64,000 nucleotides of DNA from Halobacteriovorax sp. (GCA_002720865.1 PBIO01000025.1:17-64016); one strand, 5' to 3'; counted from the stretch's first letter, positions 28,135-36,459 are shown. Notes: generated by a model not told the origin, from the letters alone. Program-made: numbers and translations.

Positions 28135-28405
28135 GTGGATTATTGAGTCCTCGTTTTTCTTTGAGTTCGAATACTAGCTTTAAAGCATCTGCCATACAGT
28201 CGACAGCACATAACATGCCATCCCCAAGTACATACCATCCATCTTTTCGTCTCTCTGCTCGAATTGGCCCGGAGGTATCGAATGTCATTCCATCATTGAA
28301 CTTAAGCAACGGCACTTTTATCTCCTGCCATTTGTTCTGATTGTACCTTGCGCCATCCACCTTGACGGGAGCGAATTCGGCGTTTAAGCCCTTGATTATC
28401 ACCAT
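28112..28405 (-). CDS. hypothetical protein
   Basis: 97-aa ORF. Confidence 0.5.
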   Translation of the reverse strand: MVIIKGLNAEFAPVKVDGARYNQNKWQEIKVPLLKFNDGMTFDTSGPIRAERRKDGWYVLGDGMLCAVDCMADALKLVFELKEKRGLNNPHDAPTSR

Positions 28406-28574
28406 TCATATATACAATATCATATGCTGAACAATAGATGCCGGCTAGGTCACCCATACCATTGGCTTCCATCTCATAATCCTGTGCTTCCATGAAGCGA
28501 TGAGTGTAAGGTCCTCGAAGAACTGTTGCGAAACTCCCTTGACCGTTATTGATTAAATCACCTACTTTGAACAT
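28302..28574 (-). CDS. KOW-like MKxGDLV-family protein
   Basis: MFKVGDLINN...; the Arg-rich tail overlaps the next gene by 104 nt. Confidence 0.5.
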   Translation of the reverse strand: MFKVGDLINNGQGSFATVLRGPYTHRFMEAQDYEMEANGMGDLAGIYCSAYDIVYMNGDNQGLKRRIRSRQGGWRKVQSEQMAGDKSAVA

Positions 28575-28731
28575 TGTGTCTTTCCTTTAGCTGTACAGCT
28601 GTTTTGATTTTGAAAATGGCTCGAGATATTTCGAGAAGATTTTGAGTTTTTCTTTTTCCTACTCGCCCCGGAAACGGAAACGGTTTTGAAATTGACTCGA
28701 GAAAAAAAATACATGCGCTTAGCCACCGCTG

Positions 28732-28852
28732 CCCCGGGGCCGCCCCGGATAGTATGCAAGGGGGCCCGAAAAGGGGGCCCGAGAGCCGCTTGTAGGGGGC
28801 CTCGAAAGGGGGCCCTTGGGTGCTGCCTACTGGGCCCCTCTAAAGGGGGCCC
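28732..28852. repeat. array of (AAA)GGGGGCCC motifs plus a CCGGGGCGGCCCCGG palindrome
   Basis: GGGGGCC(C/T) at 28760, 28773, 28795, 28808 and 28845, an inverted copy at 28832, and a palindrome at 28732-28748; lies in a 300-nt intergenic gap. Confidence 0.8.
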
Positions 28853-28875
28853 TTCTGGGCTGTCCTGGGTCACTG

Positions 28876-29067
28876 TCACACGCCGCTACCTCCCCCACGC
28901 TCAAACAGCACTGCCAGTAGCACGAGCAGTACCGTAGCTGGCCAGGCCAGAGATCCGATAACTGCTTGGCGTCGCGTGACGGGTGGCTCGGCGTGTTTGA
29001 TAAGCTGCCATGTAAGCGCCGTCATTCCGAGCCATCCGAGTCCTGCTAGTGTCAAGTTGAATATCAT
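28876..29067 (-). CDS. small two-helix membrane protein
   Basis: 63 aa, hydrophobic; own promoter just upstream. Confidence 0.6.
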   Translation of the reverse strand: MIFNLTLAGLGWLGMTALTWQLIKHAEPPVTRRQAVIGSLAWPATVLLVLLAVLFERGGGSGV

Positions 29068-29087
29068 TGGTTCCTCAATATAGTACT

Positions 29088-29120
29088 ATTATACCATATG
29101 TCATGCTGTTTTGCACGAGG
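29088..29120 (-). promoter_or_regulatory. TTCGTGCAA-class promoter (P1)
   Basis: minus strand CTCGTGCAA, 17-nt spacer, TATAAT (29093-29088). Confidence 0.7.
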
Positions 29121-29135
29121 CTGTAACATTTATTT

Positions 29136-29351
29136 TTACCTGCCCCACCTGCGATAGTACTTGTCGTTCTCAGCTTGTACCTTCTTACGGGCATCGCCAT
29201 ATACGCGCCGCATAGCAGCTAGGTCACGGGCTTCTTCGCGCTTACGCTTCCTGACGTCATATGCTATATACACAAAAGCAACCACGCCACCTATCAGCAT
29301 ATTGATCGCTGTGATTGCCATTAGGTCTCCCCATTGGATTGTCTCTAACAT
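29136..29351 (-). CDS. small membrane protein with basic C-terminus
   Basis: start moved to ATG 29351 (AAGGAG RBS): MLETIQWGDLMAITAINMLIGGVVAFVYI... Confidence 0.6.
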   Translation of the reverse strand: MLETIQWGDLMAITAINMLIGGVVAFVYIAYDVRKRKREEARDLAAMRRVYGDARKKVQAENDKYYRRWGR

Positions 29352-29362
29352 ATTTTCTCCTT

Positions 29363-29635
29363 TTAGCCGGCGTTGAATTCTTCCGGCAATTCGAAGGGGT
29401 CGACCACATGCCGCACGTCCTTCAGTGTTCGTCGTTGATATGTGTGTGACCAATCAGCATGTGACCCGGGTACTAGTGCAACCAGACTTTCACCTGGCTG
29501 CGCATGTTTAGAACATACTGAGCTATAAGCTTCATCTCTATTTGGAGAGGCGTTGATGTTCACGACACGCGCGGGGGAAGAGCTAACTTCCGATACAAAA
29601 ACTGCTGTGTACATTTTGATTGGGCTCATAATCAT
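29363..29635 (-). CDS. hypothetical protein
   Basis: 90-aa ORF. Confidence 0.5.
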   Translation of the reverse strand: MIMSPIKMYTAVFVSEVSSSPARVVNINASPNRDEAYSSVCSKHAQPGESLVALVPGSHADWSHTYQRRTLKDVRHVVDPFELPEEFNAG

Positions 29636-29715
29636 ATTCTCAATTCATGAAGTACTTGAAGTAAATTGTAAAAACTCAATCGTTACTTCGCGACTTTTCC
29701 TTCCCTTGGTCCAGG

Positions 29716-29760
29716 ACAAAAGGTGGCGGGTGGGACCGACCAAGGAAACCCCACCCGCCG
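29716..29760 (-). terminator. intrinsic terminator after the RadA-like gene
   Basis: 10-bp stem GGCGGGTGGG/CCCACCCGCC followed by ACCTTTTG on the minus strand. Confidence 0.65.
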
Positions 29761-29789
29761 GCGATTCGAACGAATCACCATAAGGTGAC

Positions 29790-30539
29790 TTAGGCTGCGC
29801 TAACTCGAGCAACCTCCTTGAATCCGCGATTGTTCAGAGCCAGGAAGAAGGTGTGGCCACAGCCACCGAACCGGTTCTTCGTAGTCTGGAGGACTCGGCA
29901 ACCTTCAAGGTCCTTGTCCTTCGTCTCAACGGAAAGGTGCATCATGGCGTCAACCATGTGCTTAAGCTTATTACTTCCGGAAGCCTGGCCAGACTTGCTG
30001 ACCTGTCCGATGACAACCGCGTTGCAGTAATGCTCCTTGCAGTAGTCAGTGATCATTGCCAAGGCACGCTCAGCAGACCGGGAGTTGATGTGACCGTCAT
30101 TGTACTTACCATCATCCATACACTGGAGGGAGTCGACAATCAGGAAGAAAGGCTTACCAGGATTCTTCTTTCGAAGAGCATCACACTTCTTGAGGAGCGT
30201 AGGAACATGAGTTTCCTGACCCACCTTGAACCCGCCCTTGAGGCGAAGACGTTCAACAACCAGCTTGACCTGATAGAGGCTTTCCTCTGCAGTGTTAAAC
30301 ACCGCGGTAGCACCCTGACGGGTGAGGGCATTAGCCAGGGAGAGCATCATGGTCGTCTTACCTGAACCAGGCTCACCGGTGAAGAAGGTAACTGCGGACG
30401 GGGTAAATCCCTCACCGCCCAGGGCACAATCGACGTAGTCGAGGCCGGACTTTACCTTATTACGTAGCTGCTTCGGGACGTCAATGTCCAGAATGTTGGC
30501 GCCGAAATCGATGTCGTTTGTAGTAACTTTGAGCTTCAT
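29790..30539 (-). CDS. RecA-superfamily ATPase (RadA/KaiC-like, no Lon domain)
   Basis: CALGGEGFTPSAVTFFTGEPGSGKTTMM Walker A context as in RadA/Sms; Walker B FFLIVDSLQ. Confidence 0.75.
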   Translation of the reverse strand: MKLKVTTNDIDFGANILDIDVPKQLRNKVKSGLDYVDCALGGEGFTPSAVTFFTGEPGSGKTTMMLSLANALTRQGATAVFNTAEESLYQVKLVVERLRLKGGFKVGQETHVPTLLKKCDALRKKNPGKPFFLIVDSLQCMDDGKYNDGHINSRSAERALAMITDYCKEHYCNAVVIGQVSKSGQASGSNKLKHMVDAMMHLSVETKDKDLEGCRVLQTTKNRFGGCGHTFFLALNNRGFKEVARVSAA

Positions 30540-30598
30540 TTTTTCTTCCTTGGTCAGGTTTAGGAGTTGGGAACCATTCCCCCCTTCCTTATGTATCC

Positions 30599-30631
30599 AT
30601 TATACAATATTGTGGCAGATTTTGCACGAAC
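30599..30631 (-). promoter_or_regulatory. TTCGTGCAA-class promoter (P2)
   Basis: AAGTTCGTGCAAA, 17-nt spacer, TATAAT (30604-30599). Confidence 0.75.
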
Positions 30632-30655
30632 TTGCATGTCGAATAGTCATTTTTT

Positions 30656-30904
30656 TTACTTTTTTTGTGCTTTATTTAGGGCACCCATGATGGCCAGGGA
30701 GATGTTAGAGGCCTCAGGAGATGCAGTCTTGGGGGTAGGGTTAGCCATAAGCTGTACCGATCCCGTCCCTGGATCCATGTCTAGATGACCTGACCAGTAC
30801 CCCTCGATGACTACCTGGTAGATAAATCCAGGATTATTGGGGTCTAGACCTCGTGTTTTTAGCTCAGCCTGGACCCATTGATTTGCTTTAGGTGTCAACT
30901 TCAT
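30656..30904 (-). CDS. hypothetical protein
   Basis: 82 aa, ATGA overlap with the upstream VWA gene. Confidence 0.55.
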   Translation of the reverse strand: MKLTPKANQWVQAELKTRGLDPNNPGFIYQVVIEGYWSGHLDMDPGTGSVQLMANPTPKTASPEASNISLAIMGALNKAQKK

Positions 30905-32298
30905 GCTGCCTTCTTCCCCTTCATCTGAATGAGGAAGTCCCGCTTCGAAGCTTCGAAGTAGAGCTTCCGGTCAGGGGTAATTACCCATCCTCGCTTAAGG
31001 ATCGAAGGACCCGGGTCACAACACTCACCATCAGTGAGGATCAAGTACCCATCAAACCGATGACGATTCTTATTTGCATGTACCGTTGCAGCCCTAAAAT
31101 CAGTACCACCATAGCGAGTACGTTCCATTCCAGGTGCCCGATTCCGTCCCCACTCCCGCTCGGAGCTTTCATCAACCTCTGTATCAAAGTTAAAGATGGT
31201 GAACTTCGTCTTCTTGGCCAACTGCTTAAGCTCACCAAAGAGAAGGGAGAGATCCTCATCACTAACCGATCCACTCTGATCGATGTATACTGCGATTGAA
31301 GAGGTGTAGCCCTTTTGAAACCCGGGATGTACACCAGGATACTTGCGGTGGATCCGCCGGACGTTGCTAGCGCGGTTGGCGCGCCGGGTCATTCCGCAGA
31401 ACTTCTTAAGGACTGACTGCCAGGGAATCTCCTTGGAAATCAACTCTCGAATCATTGACTGGCCAGAAGCACCAACCGAACCCCATTGGCCGGACTGGTC
31501 ACACTTCTTAACAGCATCTTCAACTGCCTGCTTGACCTTGCCCTTAATAAGCTCACGATCCTCATCGGAAAGCTCATCCCAACCATCATGGCTATCCATG
31601 GTACCTGGCAATCCAGGAGCCGGTTGTCCCTGACCAGGTTGACCAGGTTGACCATCACCAGGCTGACCCTCACCCTCACCGTCACCAGGCTGACCTGGTG
31701 CAGGGGCAGGATTAGTCAATGCTTCCTGAACTTCATCATCAGCCATCAACTCGGCGAAATACCATTCGGCTGACTTTTCCTTGGGGAAGGATGCAATCTT
31801 TGCAGAGACTGTCTCAAACTGCTTGACCCTATCCGGTCCCATTGCGATCTTATCAGCCTCGCTCAGAGCCTTGAACTCCTTACCAGGTACCAAGCCACCC
31901 TCAGGCAACTCTTCCTCTGGAATCAGGCTGTTGATTGCAAGGTCAGTAGCGTAGTTCCAGACCAGGTGAGGCTCGTGGCGTCGTGTCGTGGTGTGTTCGA
32001 ACACCAGGTGGTAACACTCATGCTTAAGGAGACCCTTAATGTGCTTCGAAGGGAGCGCAGCAACAAAACGTGGGTTGTACCACATCTTGATATCACCGTC
32101 CTTGGCCAGGACACCGGCAGTGGGAATCGACTCCGACCGTACCTTGGTGATCTGACGAAGGATGTGGCTAAAGAATGGCTCCTCCCAAAGAAGATTAATC
32201 AGATGGGGATCAAGCTCAAATGCCTTAGCGGCAGCCTCAGAGGCGCGCTGCGTGTGGGCAAGTTCCGTGGATGTGGTGTCGTTTTTAGCCATGGCCAT
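30901..32298 (-). CDS. HExxH metallopeptidase-like + VWA domain protein (DUF2201/CobT-like partner of MoxR ATPases)
   Basis: HECYH motif, Pro/Gly/Gln-rich linker, MIDAS VYIDQSGSVS; start moved to ATG 32298 (AGGAAGGAAGG RBS) because a promoter lies inside the longer ORF. Confidence 0.75.
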   Translation of the reverse strand: MAMAKNDTTSTELAHTQRASEAAAKAFELDPHLINLLWEEPFFSHILRQITKVRSESIPTAGVLAKDGDIKMWYNPRFVAALPSKHIKGLLKHECYHLVFEHTTTRRHEPHLVWNYATDLAINSLIPEEELPEGGLVPGKEFKALSEADKIAMGPDRVKQFETVSAKIASFPKEKSAEWYFAELMADDEVQEALTNPAPAPGQPGDGEGEGQPGDGQPGQPGQGQPAPGLPGTMDSHDGWDELSDEDRELIKGKVKQAVEDAVKKCDQSGQWGSVGASGQSMIRELISKEIPWQSVLKKFCGMTRRANRASNVRRIHRKYPGVHPGFQKGYTSSIAVYIDQSGSVSDEDLSLLFGELKQLAKKTKFTIFNFDTEVDESSEREWGRNRAPGMERTRYGGTDFRAATVHANKNRHRFDGYLILTDGECCDPGPSILKRGWVITPDRKLYFEASKRDFLIQMKGKKAA

Positions 32299-32319
32299 TC
32301 CTTCCTTCCTTATAGTACT

Positions 32320-32352
32320 ATTATACCCTATAGAGGCGGATTTTGCACGAAC
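32320..32352 (-). promoter_or_regulatory. TTCGTGCAA-class promoter (P3)
   Basis: AAGTTCGTGCAAAA, 17-nt spacer, TATAAT (32325-32320). Confidence 0.75.
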
Positions 32353-32418
32353 TTGCATAACATTATTAATTATTTTGTATCGTCCTAAGCCCTTGATATT
32401 ATTAAGGTTTTTAGGCAA

Positions 32419-32694
32419 TTAAATAGCCTGCAACATGCTCAATGGGACGTCCCAATTCTGACCATGTCCGACACTACAAATAGCCTTTTTTCGTTTAACC
32501 CGTACGATGACGCCCTCCGTGTAACCATTCCGGCCAGTCCAGGATACCTTATCACCGGCATGTAGCGTACGACGCTTGACTGCAGATTGTCTATCTCGGA
32601 TTGACCTGAGGTGTTCAAGCACTGATCCATTAAGATCACGTAGCTGTCGGTCATCAAGGGTGTGGAGGTTGTTAATCATATCTGTGAGTGTCAT
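32419..32694 (-). CDS. small protein with C-terminal KOW-like segment
   Basis: HAGDKVSWTGRNGYTEGVIVRV. Confidence 0.55.
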   Translation of the reverse strand: MTLTDMINNLHTLDDRQLRDLNGSVLEHLRSIRDRQSAVKRRTLHAGDKVSWTGRNGYTEGVIVRVKRKKAICSVGHGQNWDVPLSMLQAI

Positions 32695-32741
32695 CTTGTC
32701 CTCGATCTAGTTAGCCAGGATGATCCCCAACCAACATGTAT

Positions 32742-32774
32742 ATTATACAATAGAGTTCGTAACTTTACACGAAT
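32742..32774 (-). promoter_or_regulatory. TTCGTGTAA-class promoter (P4)
   Basis: AATTCGTGTAAAG, 17-nt spacer, TATAAT (32747-32742). Confidence 0.7.
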
Positions 32775-32938
32775 TAGCTAAAGAAACCACCATAATATAG
32801 CAAGCCAATCATTAGTGGCAAATCTATAAATAGTGTAAGGGGTGCATTGTAATTGCCTTTCGGCTCACCGTGCTTAAGCAATGCTGCTGTAGTGTTAAAG
32901 GCTATAAGACAAATCATAATGATCTGGGGAATTCCCAT
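32774..32938 (-). CDS. small membrane protein (54 aa, not in ORF track)
   Basis: AGGAGAAGAAA RBS; MGIPQIIMICLIAF...LPLMIGLLYYGGFF. Confidence 0.5.
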   Translation of the reverse strand: MGIPQIIMICLIAFNTTAALLKHGEPKGNYNAPLTLFIDLPLMIGLLYYGGFFS

Positions 32939-32947
32939 TTTCTTCTC

Positions 32948-33043
32948 CTAGTAATGTCTATCGTTTTCAATTTTCATACCATGATACACACCTAATGCAT
33001 ATGCCATGGCTACAAATAATAGGCCTATAATAACTGCTAGCAT
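32948..33043 (-). CDS. small membrane peptide (31 aa, not in ORF track)
   Basis: AGGAAAGGAA RBS; MLAVIIGLLFVAMAYALGVYHG... Confidence 0.4.
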   Translation of the reverse strand: MLAVIIGLLFVAMAYALGVYHGMKIENDRHY

Positions 33044-33117
33044 TTCCTTTCCTGAAATGCGAGGGGCGAACCTTAGCCAGCATTACCTGTTACTAAGGCT
33101 GCACCCTCCTGGGTTCT

Positions 33118-34200
33118 TTAAACGTTTCGGCTAGCCTGAACTGCCTTGACGATAGTCTGACCAATCAGCTTGTGGATCTTCTGGATGTTCGGCAACTTCT
33201 GGGTAGCCGAAATGGCATTCCAAAGGGAGACCATCATTTCACCAGGAAGACTCTCAGCGAAGGCAGCCACGTTCTTAGCCTGGCTAGCTGTCCACTCGTT
33301 ATCTGTACAGTGGTTGGCCAACTTTTCAATCACCGCGTTGAGGCGATCGTTGGTCAGCTCCTTGACACGACCCTTAATGGAACCGTAGCTATCAAGGATG
33401 TCCTCGGCACTAACGATTGTCTCATAACCCTCGATGAAGGTAGTAAAGGCGATCGCGGCCTCGGTACCAACAAACCCCATCGCCGTAGCGTAGAATCCGT
33501 CGGCGCGCTTCTGGCCGGCCAGTTCGCTAGGAGCCATACCCATGTGGGTCAGCGAAGTAGCAAGGCGGTGCCATGAAGCGGGGTTCGGGCAAACCGTACC
33601 AGGCTCAACGCTACCAACGTCGACCCGGAGGTGCTGAGGATTCTGGCGGATGAAGTCAACAAGGACGTCATCAACGTTATTCTCACCAGCCCAGTTGATC
33701 CAATCAGCTGCAGTAGGCTCGAGGTCACAGACCCAAAAGCGGCGAAGAAGTGCCGGGTCCATGTCGTTAACATCATATTCTGAACCATGGTTGACAGCAG
33801 CAATCACCCGGGTCTGCGGGTGGAGGCGGTAAGGATTACCGTCCTTGTCGTTGCCAAGCTCTCGGTCCAGGACCAACTGGAAGAAAGACTGTTGGACGCC
33901 GGGGAGGGAGCGGTTAAGCTCATCCAGCATCAAAACAACAGGCTCTCGGCATGCCCGGATAAACCAGGATGGCATGCAGAAAGTCATGACACCATTTTCC
34001 TTCATACCCTCAAGATCAGGGTAACCACCAACATCACCTTCGGACATGGTAGAACCACGTACGTCGATAAAGGGCAGTCCAACGCTGTCCGCGACCTGCT
34101 TTCCGAGGAAAGACTTACCGACTCCGGTCGGTCCCCGCATGAGGATCGCGATGTCCGCGGGGAGGTTCGGGGCTACGATATTGAAAGTTTTGATGTCCAT
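33118..34200 (-). CDS. MoxR/CobS-like AAA+ ATPase (AAA_5 type)
   Basis: Walker A MRGPTGVGKS, Walker B VVLMLDELNRS, 360 aa. Confidence 0.85.
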   Translation of the reverse strand: MDIKTFNIVAPNLPADIAILMRGPTGVGKSFLGKQVADSVGLPFIDVRGSTMSEGDVGGYPDLEGMKENGVMTFCMPSWFIRACREPVVLMLDELNRSLPGVQQSFFQLVLDRELGNDKDGNPYRLHPQTRVIAAVNHGSEYDVNDMDPALLRRFWVCDLEPTAADWINWAGENNVDDVLVDFIRQNPQHLRVDVGSVEPGTVCPNPASWHRLATSLTHMGMAPSELAGQKRADGFYATAMGFVGTEAAIAFTTFIEGYETIVSAEDILDSYGSIKGRVKELTNDRLNAVIEKLANHCTDNEWTASQAKNVAAFAESLPGEMMVSLWNAISATQKLPNIQKIHKLIGQTIVKAVQASRNV

Positions 34201-34257
34201 TTTTTCTCCTTGGTCAAGAGGCTTGGAGGGCTAATCCCCTCCCCAACCTTCATATAT

Positions 34258-34290
34258 ATTATACCCCATGGGGAGGGAATTTGCACGAAC
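34258..34290 (-). promoter_or_regulatory. TTCGTGCAA-class promoter (P5)
   Basis: AAGTTCGTGCAAAT, 17-nt spacer, TATAAT (34263-34258). Confidence 0.75.
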
Positions 34291-34311
34291 TTGCACAATT
34301 AATTATGCTTT

Positions 34312-34671
34312 TTAAAGTTCAATTTCTCCACCAAGCTCTTCCTCATCGGAAACGTCTTCCAAGAGGTCAAATGGCTCTTCACCGGATGGGATTCCCATTT
34401 CTGCCGGTACATCAGAGGTGGCGTCAAGTTCAGATTCAAAAGATTCACGTGCTGCAACTCGGGCAGCGTCGCGTGTTTCCTCACAGTAGGCTCGAGCCAA
34501 CTTTCCAACAGAGAATTCTGCAAGAGGATTGCTGAGATCCGCACTGGCCGATACCACCCAGGCAGCGCCACGGGTTGGTGCACTACGACCGAAGAATAGC
34601 TTCCCAACCTTATACGGCTTCTTGTGGGTACGCTTAAGACCTGCAGTGTTTTCGTTACTTTGTTCAATCAT
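34312..34671 (-). CDS. hypothetical protein with acidic C-terminal tail
   Basis: AAGGAAAAGGAAAG RBS; ...DLLEDVSDEEELGGEIEL. Confidence 0.6.
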   Translation of the reverse strand: MIEQSNENTAGLKRTHKKPYKVGKLFFGRSAPTRGAAWVVSASADLSNPLAEFSVGKLARAYCEETRDAARVAARESFESELDATSDVPAEMGIPSGEEPFDLLEDVSDEEELGGEIEL

Positions 34672-34734
34672 TTTCTTTCCTTTTCCTTAGTGTGTATGTA
34701 GGCCAGAACCATTCCAGCCTCAACCTTTAGATAG

Positions 34735-34767
34735 ATTATATCCTGCCTCGACCAATTTTACACGAAG
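34735..34767 (-). promoter_or_regulatory. TTCGTGTAA-class promoter (P6)
   Basis: CTTCGTGTAAAA, 17-nt spacer, TATAAT (34740-34735). Confidence 0.7.
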
Positions 34768-34805
34768 ATTAAGCACTCGATGTACTTTTTTCTAAGTGGT
34801 TGATT

Positions 34806-35006
34806 TCATTGGACTTTTTTAAGTCCTGACAAGCTACTTGGATCTGCAATGATCGATGATCCTTGGGCCAGGCGTACATCGACGCTGTCAACAGCAATAA
34901 ATTCGATGACCCCGGTAATCAAAGATCCTTCCGGATCCAGCCGGAATTCTACTTCATCTCCGGCCTTTAAGTCCTTAATATCATTATGCTTTTCTTTATT
35001 CCTCAT
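34806..35006 (-). CDS. small KOW-like protein
   Basis: LKAGDEVEFRL...GVIEFIAV. Confidence 0.5.
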   Translation of the reverse strand: MRNKEKHNDIKDLKAGDEVEFRLDPEGSLITGVIEFIAVDSVDVRLAQGSSIIADPSSLSGLKKVQ

Positions 35007-35558
35007 CTATTCCTCAGTGGTGTTGCGGAGCGCCTTTGCTGGAACTCCCTTTATAACGTCCGGTCCAACCATGACGTCGACAACCCACTTGTTCGATGTC
35101 TGATATGTTTCGGAAATGATCATAACAATTTCACCCTTACGCAGCCCTCGAGGCGCGCCGTACGATCCCATCTCCCATCTGGAAATTTCCCGGGATACCT
35201 TGGCCAGTCCGGCCTCCAGCACTTGGGCAAATTGCATCTTCTTACCAGATGCACCAGGCACCATGGCTCGTCCACCCTGAGCCCACTGAATTGTACGTCG
35301 GTGGGTACCGGTAGCCTCAACCTTTGCCTTTCGGAGTTCAGCCTTCGCAGCGAGCTTTTCTGAACGCTTCTTTTCGGCGATATCAAACATATCGCGGAGC
35401 TCATCGATCTGAGCTAGCAATTCATTTACCTTATCAAAGTCATCATTAGCAGCTGCTTCATTCTTGAGCTCATGAAGTGCTTCAATCTCATCATTAAGCT
35501 TTGCGTTACGTGCGAGTAGCGCCTTTTTGAGAGTTGACTTGCTTGGTCTGCGGGCCAT
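35007..35558 (-). CDS. coiled-coil protein with C-terminal KOW-like segment
   Basis: 183 aa; basic/helical N-half; KGEIVMIISE...VVDVMVG. Confidence 0.6.
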   Translation of the reverse strand: MARRPSKSTLKKALLARNAKLNDEIEALHELKNEAAANDDFDKVNELLAQIDELRDMFDIAEKKRSEKLAAKAELRKAKVEATGTHRRTIQWAQGGRAMVPGASGKKMQFAQVLEAGLAKVSREISRWEMGSYGAPRGLRKGEIVMIISETYQTSNKWVVDVMVGPDVIKGVPAKALRNTTEE

Positions 35559-35581
35559 GTTTTCTCCTTGAATATGTATAT

Positions 35582-35614
35582 ATTATACCACATCATCTAG
35601 GTATTTGCACGAAA
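35582..35614 (-). promoter_or_regulatory. TTCGTGCAA-class promoter (P7)
   Basis: TTTCGTGCAAAT, 17-nt spacer, TATAAT (35587-35582). Confidence 0.75.
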
Positions 35615-35620
35615 GAGATC

Positions 35621-35650
35621 AAAAAAAAGAAGGCGACCCGAAGGCCGCCC
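35621..35650 (-). terminator. intrinsic terminator
   Basis: minus strand GGGCGGCCTTCGGGTCGCC hairpin followed by TTCTTTTTTTT. Confidence 0.7.
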
Positions 35651-35697
35651 TCTAAGCTATTAATATTATTACCATATTAGGTTACTAACCGGTCCCG

Positions 35698-35727
35698 TTG
35701 CATACGCGGAATTCACCTGCCTATAAT
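35698..35727 (+). promoter_or_regulatory. possible sigma70-like promoter on + strand
   Basis: TTGCAT, 18-nt spacer, TATAAT; no convincing downstream ORF. Confidence 0.3.
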
Positions 35728-36114
35728 ATATGCGGATACCCCGATCATCACATCGGCAACGAAGGTCTCCTGTCTCGCTTAACCTTAATTCATATTTCTC
35801 ATTTCCTTCAACACGTCCTCCCGGTGAGTCGCCGTTCGGATAGGACAGTAACATCTGATCGGAACGAAGTGATGTTCCCTCTGATCTTATCCTACCTATT
35901 TGAAGTATACCAGCTTATTTTGCGGTGTACATGCAAAAATAATTTTATCTCACTGTCCGAGCAATCCGTTAAGCGCATGGACCACCATCAGGAACACAGC
36001 CAGGCATAGACCTAACCACACCAATAATACTATAGTCGTACCCTTCATGAGCCTACCAGAGCCATTCATCCCATGCGTATAGAAACAGGAACGGGTATAT
36101 GTACCAAAATATGT

Positions 36115-36132
36115 GGAGTGGTTTAACACTCC
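36115..36132 (-). terminator. weak hairpin terminator candidate
   Basis: GGAGTG-GTTTAA-CACTCC stem-loop followed by ACATATTTTGG on the minus strand. Confidence 0.3.
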
Positions 36133-36170
36133 GAGTAGGCGCGCGGGTTAGCACGGATCCCAAGAGCTTT

Positions 36171-36305
36171 TTATTTTTCATCTTCATCTTTGCGCTTGTC
36201 ATCAGGCATGTATGTTACATTTGCCCATATGAATATCCCCCATCCCCCGATTACCAAGATCATTAAGATCAAGTTACCGATTACCTCTATAGTTTCGTAA
36301 CTCAT
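36171..36305 (-). CDS. small membrane protein (44 aa)
   Basis: MSYETIEVIGNLILMILVIGGWGIFIW...; TATAAT only 12 nt upstream and no SD, so possibly a near-leaderless mRNA. Confidence 0.4.
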   Translation of the reverse strand: MSYETIEVIGNLILMILVIGGWGIFIWANVTYMPDDKRKDEDEK

Positions 36306-36421
36306 ATTGCCAATACTATTATACTGCGGTCGCGAGCCGTGTATAAGAGCTGCCCTCACTTTTTATGGGGGCAGTTTCGGTCTCGGTGCTCCCTGATCTG
36401 CAGTGAGCTTTTTTGGTGGAG

Positions 36422-36453
36422 CGCGTGTAAAACAGGGTAGGGTGTGGTATAAT
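36422..36453 (+). promoter_or_regulatory. TTCGTGTAA-class promoter on the + strand (P10)
   Basis: GCGTGTAAAA, 17-nt spacer, TATAAT (36448-36453); the only + strand copy of the class. Confidence 0.65.
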
Positions 36454-36459
36454 AGTACT

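Noticed and set aside
28562-28937. ORFs 28562..28879 (-) and 28686..28937 (+) with Gly/Pro/Arg-rich products
   Set aside because: They are translations of the GGGGGCCC repeat array. They have no RBS and are low complexity in both strands, so I treat the region as non-coding repeat.
30901-32418. Long version of the VWA gene starting at 32418
   Set aside because: A complete class promoter (32320-32348) lies inside the 5' extension, and a strong RBS precedes ATG 32298. The shorter model was adopted.
34299-34667. Alternative-frame ORF overlapping 34312..34671
   Set aside because: It is on the same strand and covers almost the same span. It lacks an RBS, whereas the other frame has AAGGAAAAGGAAAG and a protein-like sequence.
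35669-35854. ORF 35669..35854 (-) and ORF 35698..36009 (+)
   Set aside because: There is no SD upstream of either start, and their composition is atypical. They are left as non-coding pending data.
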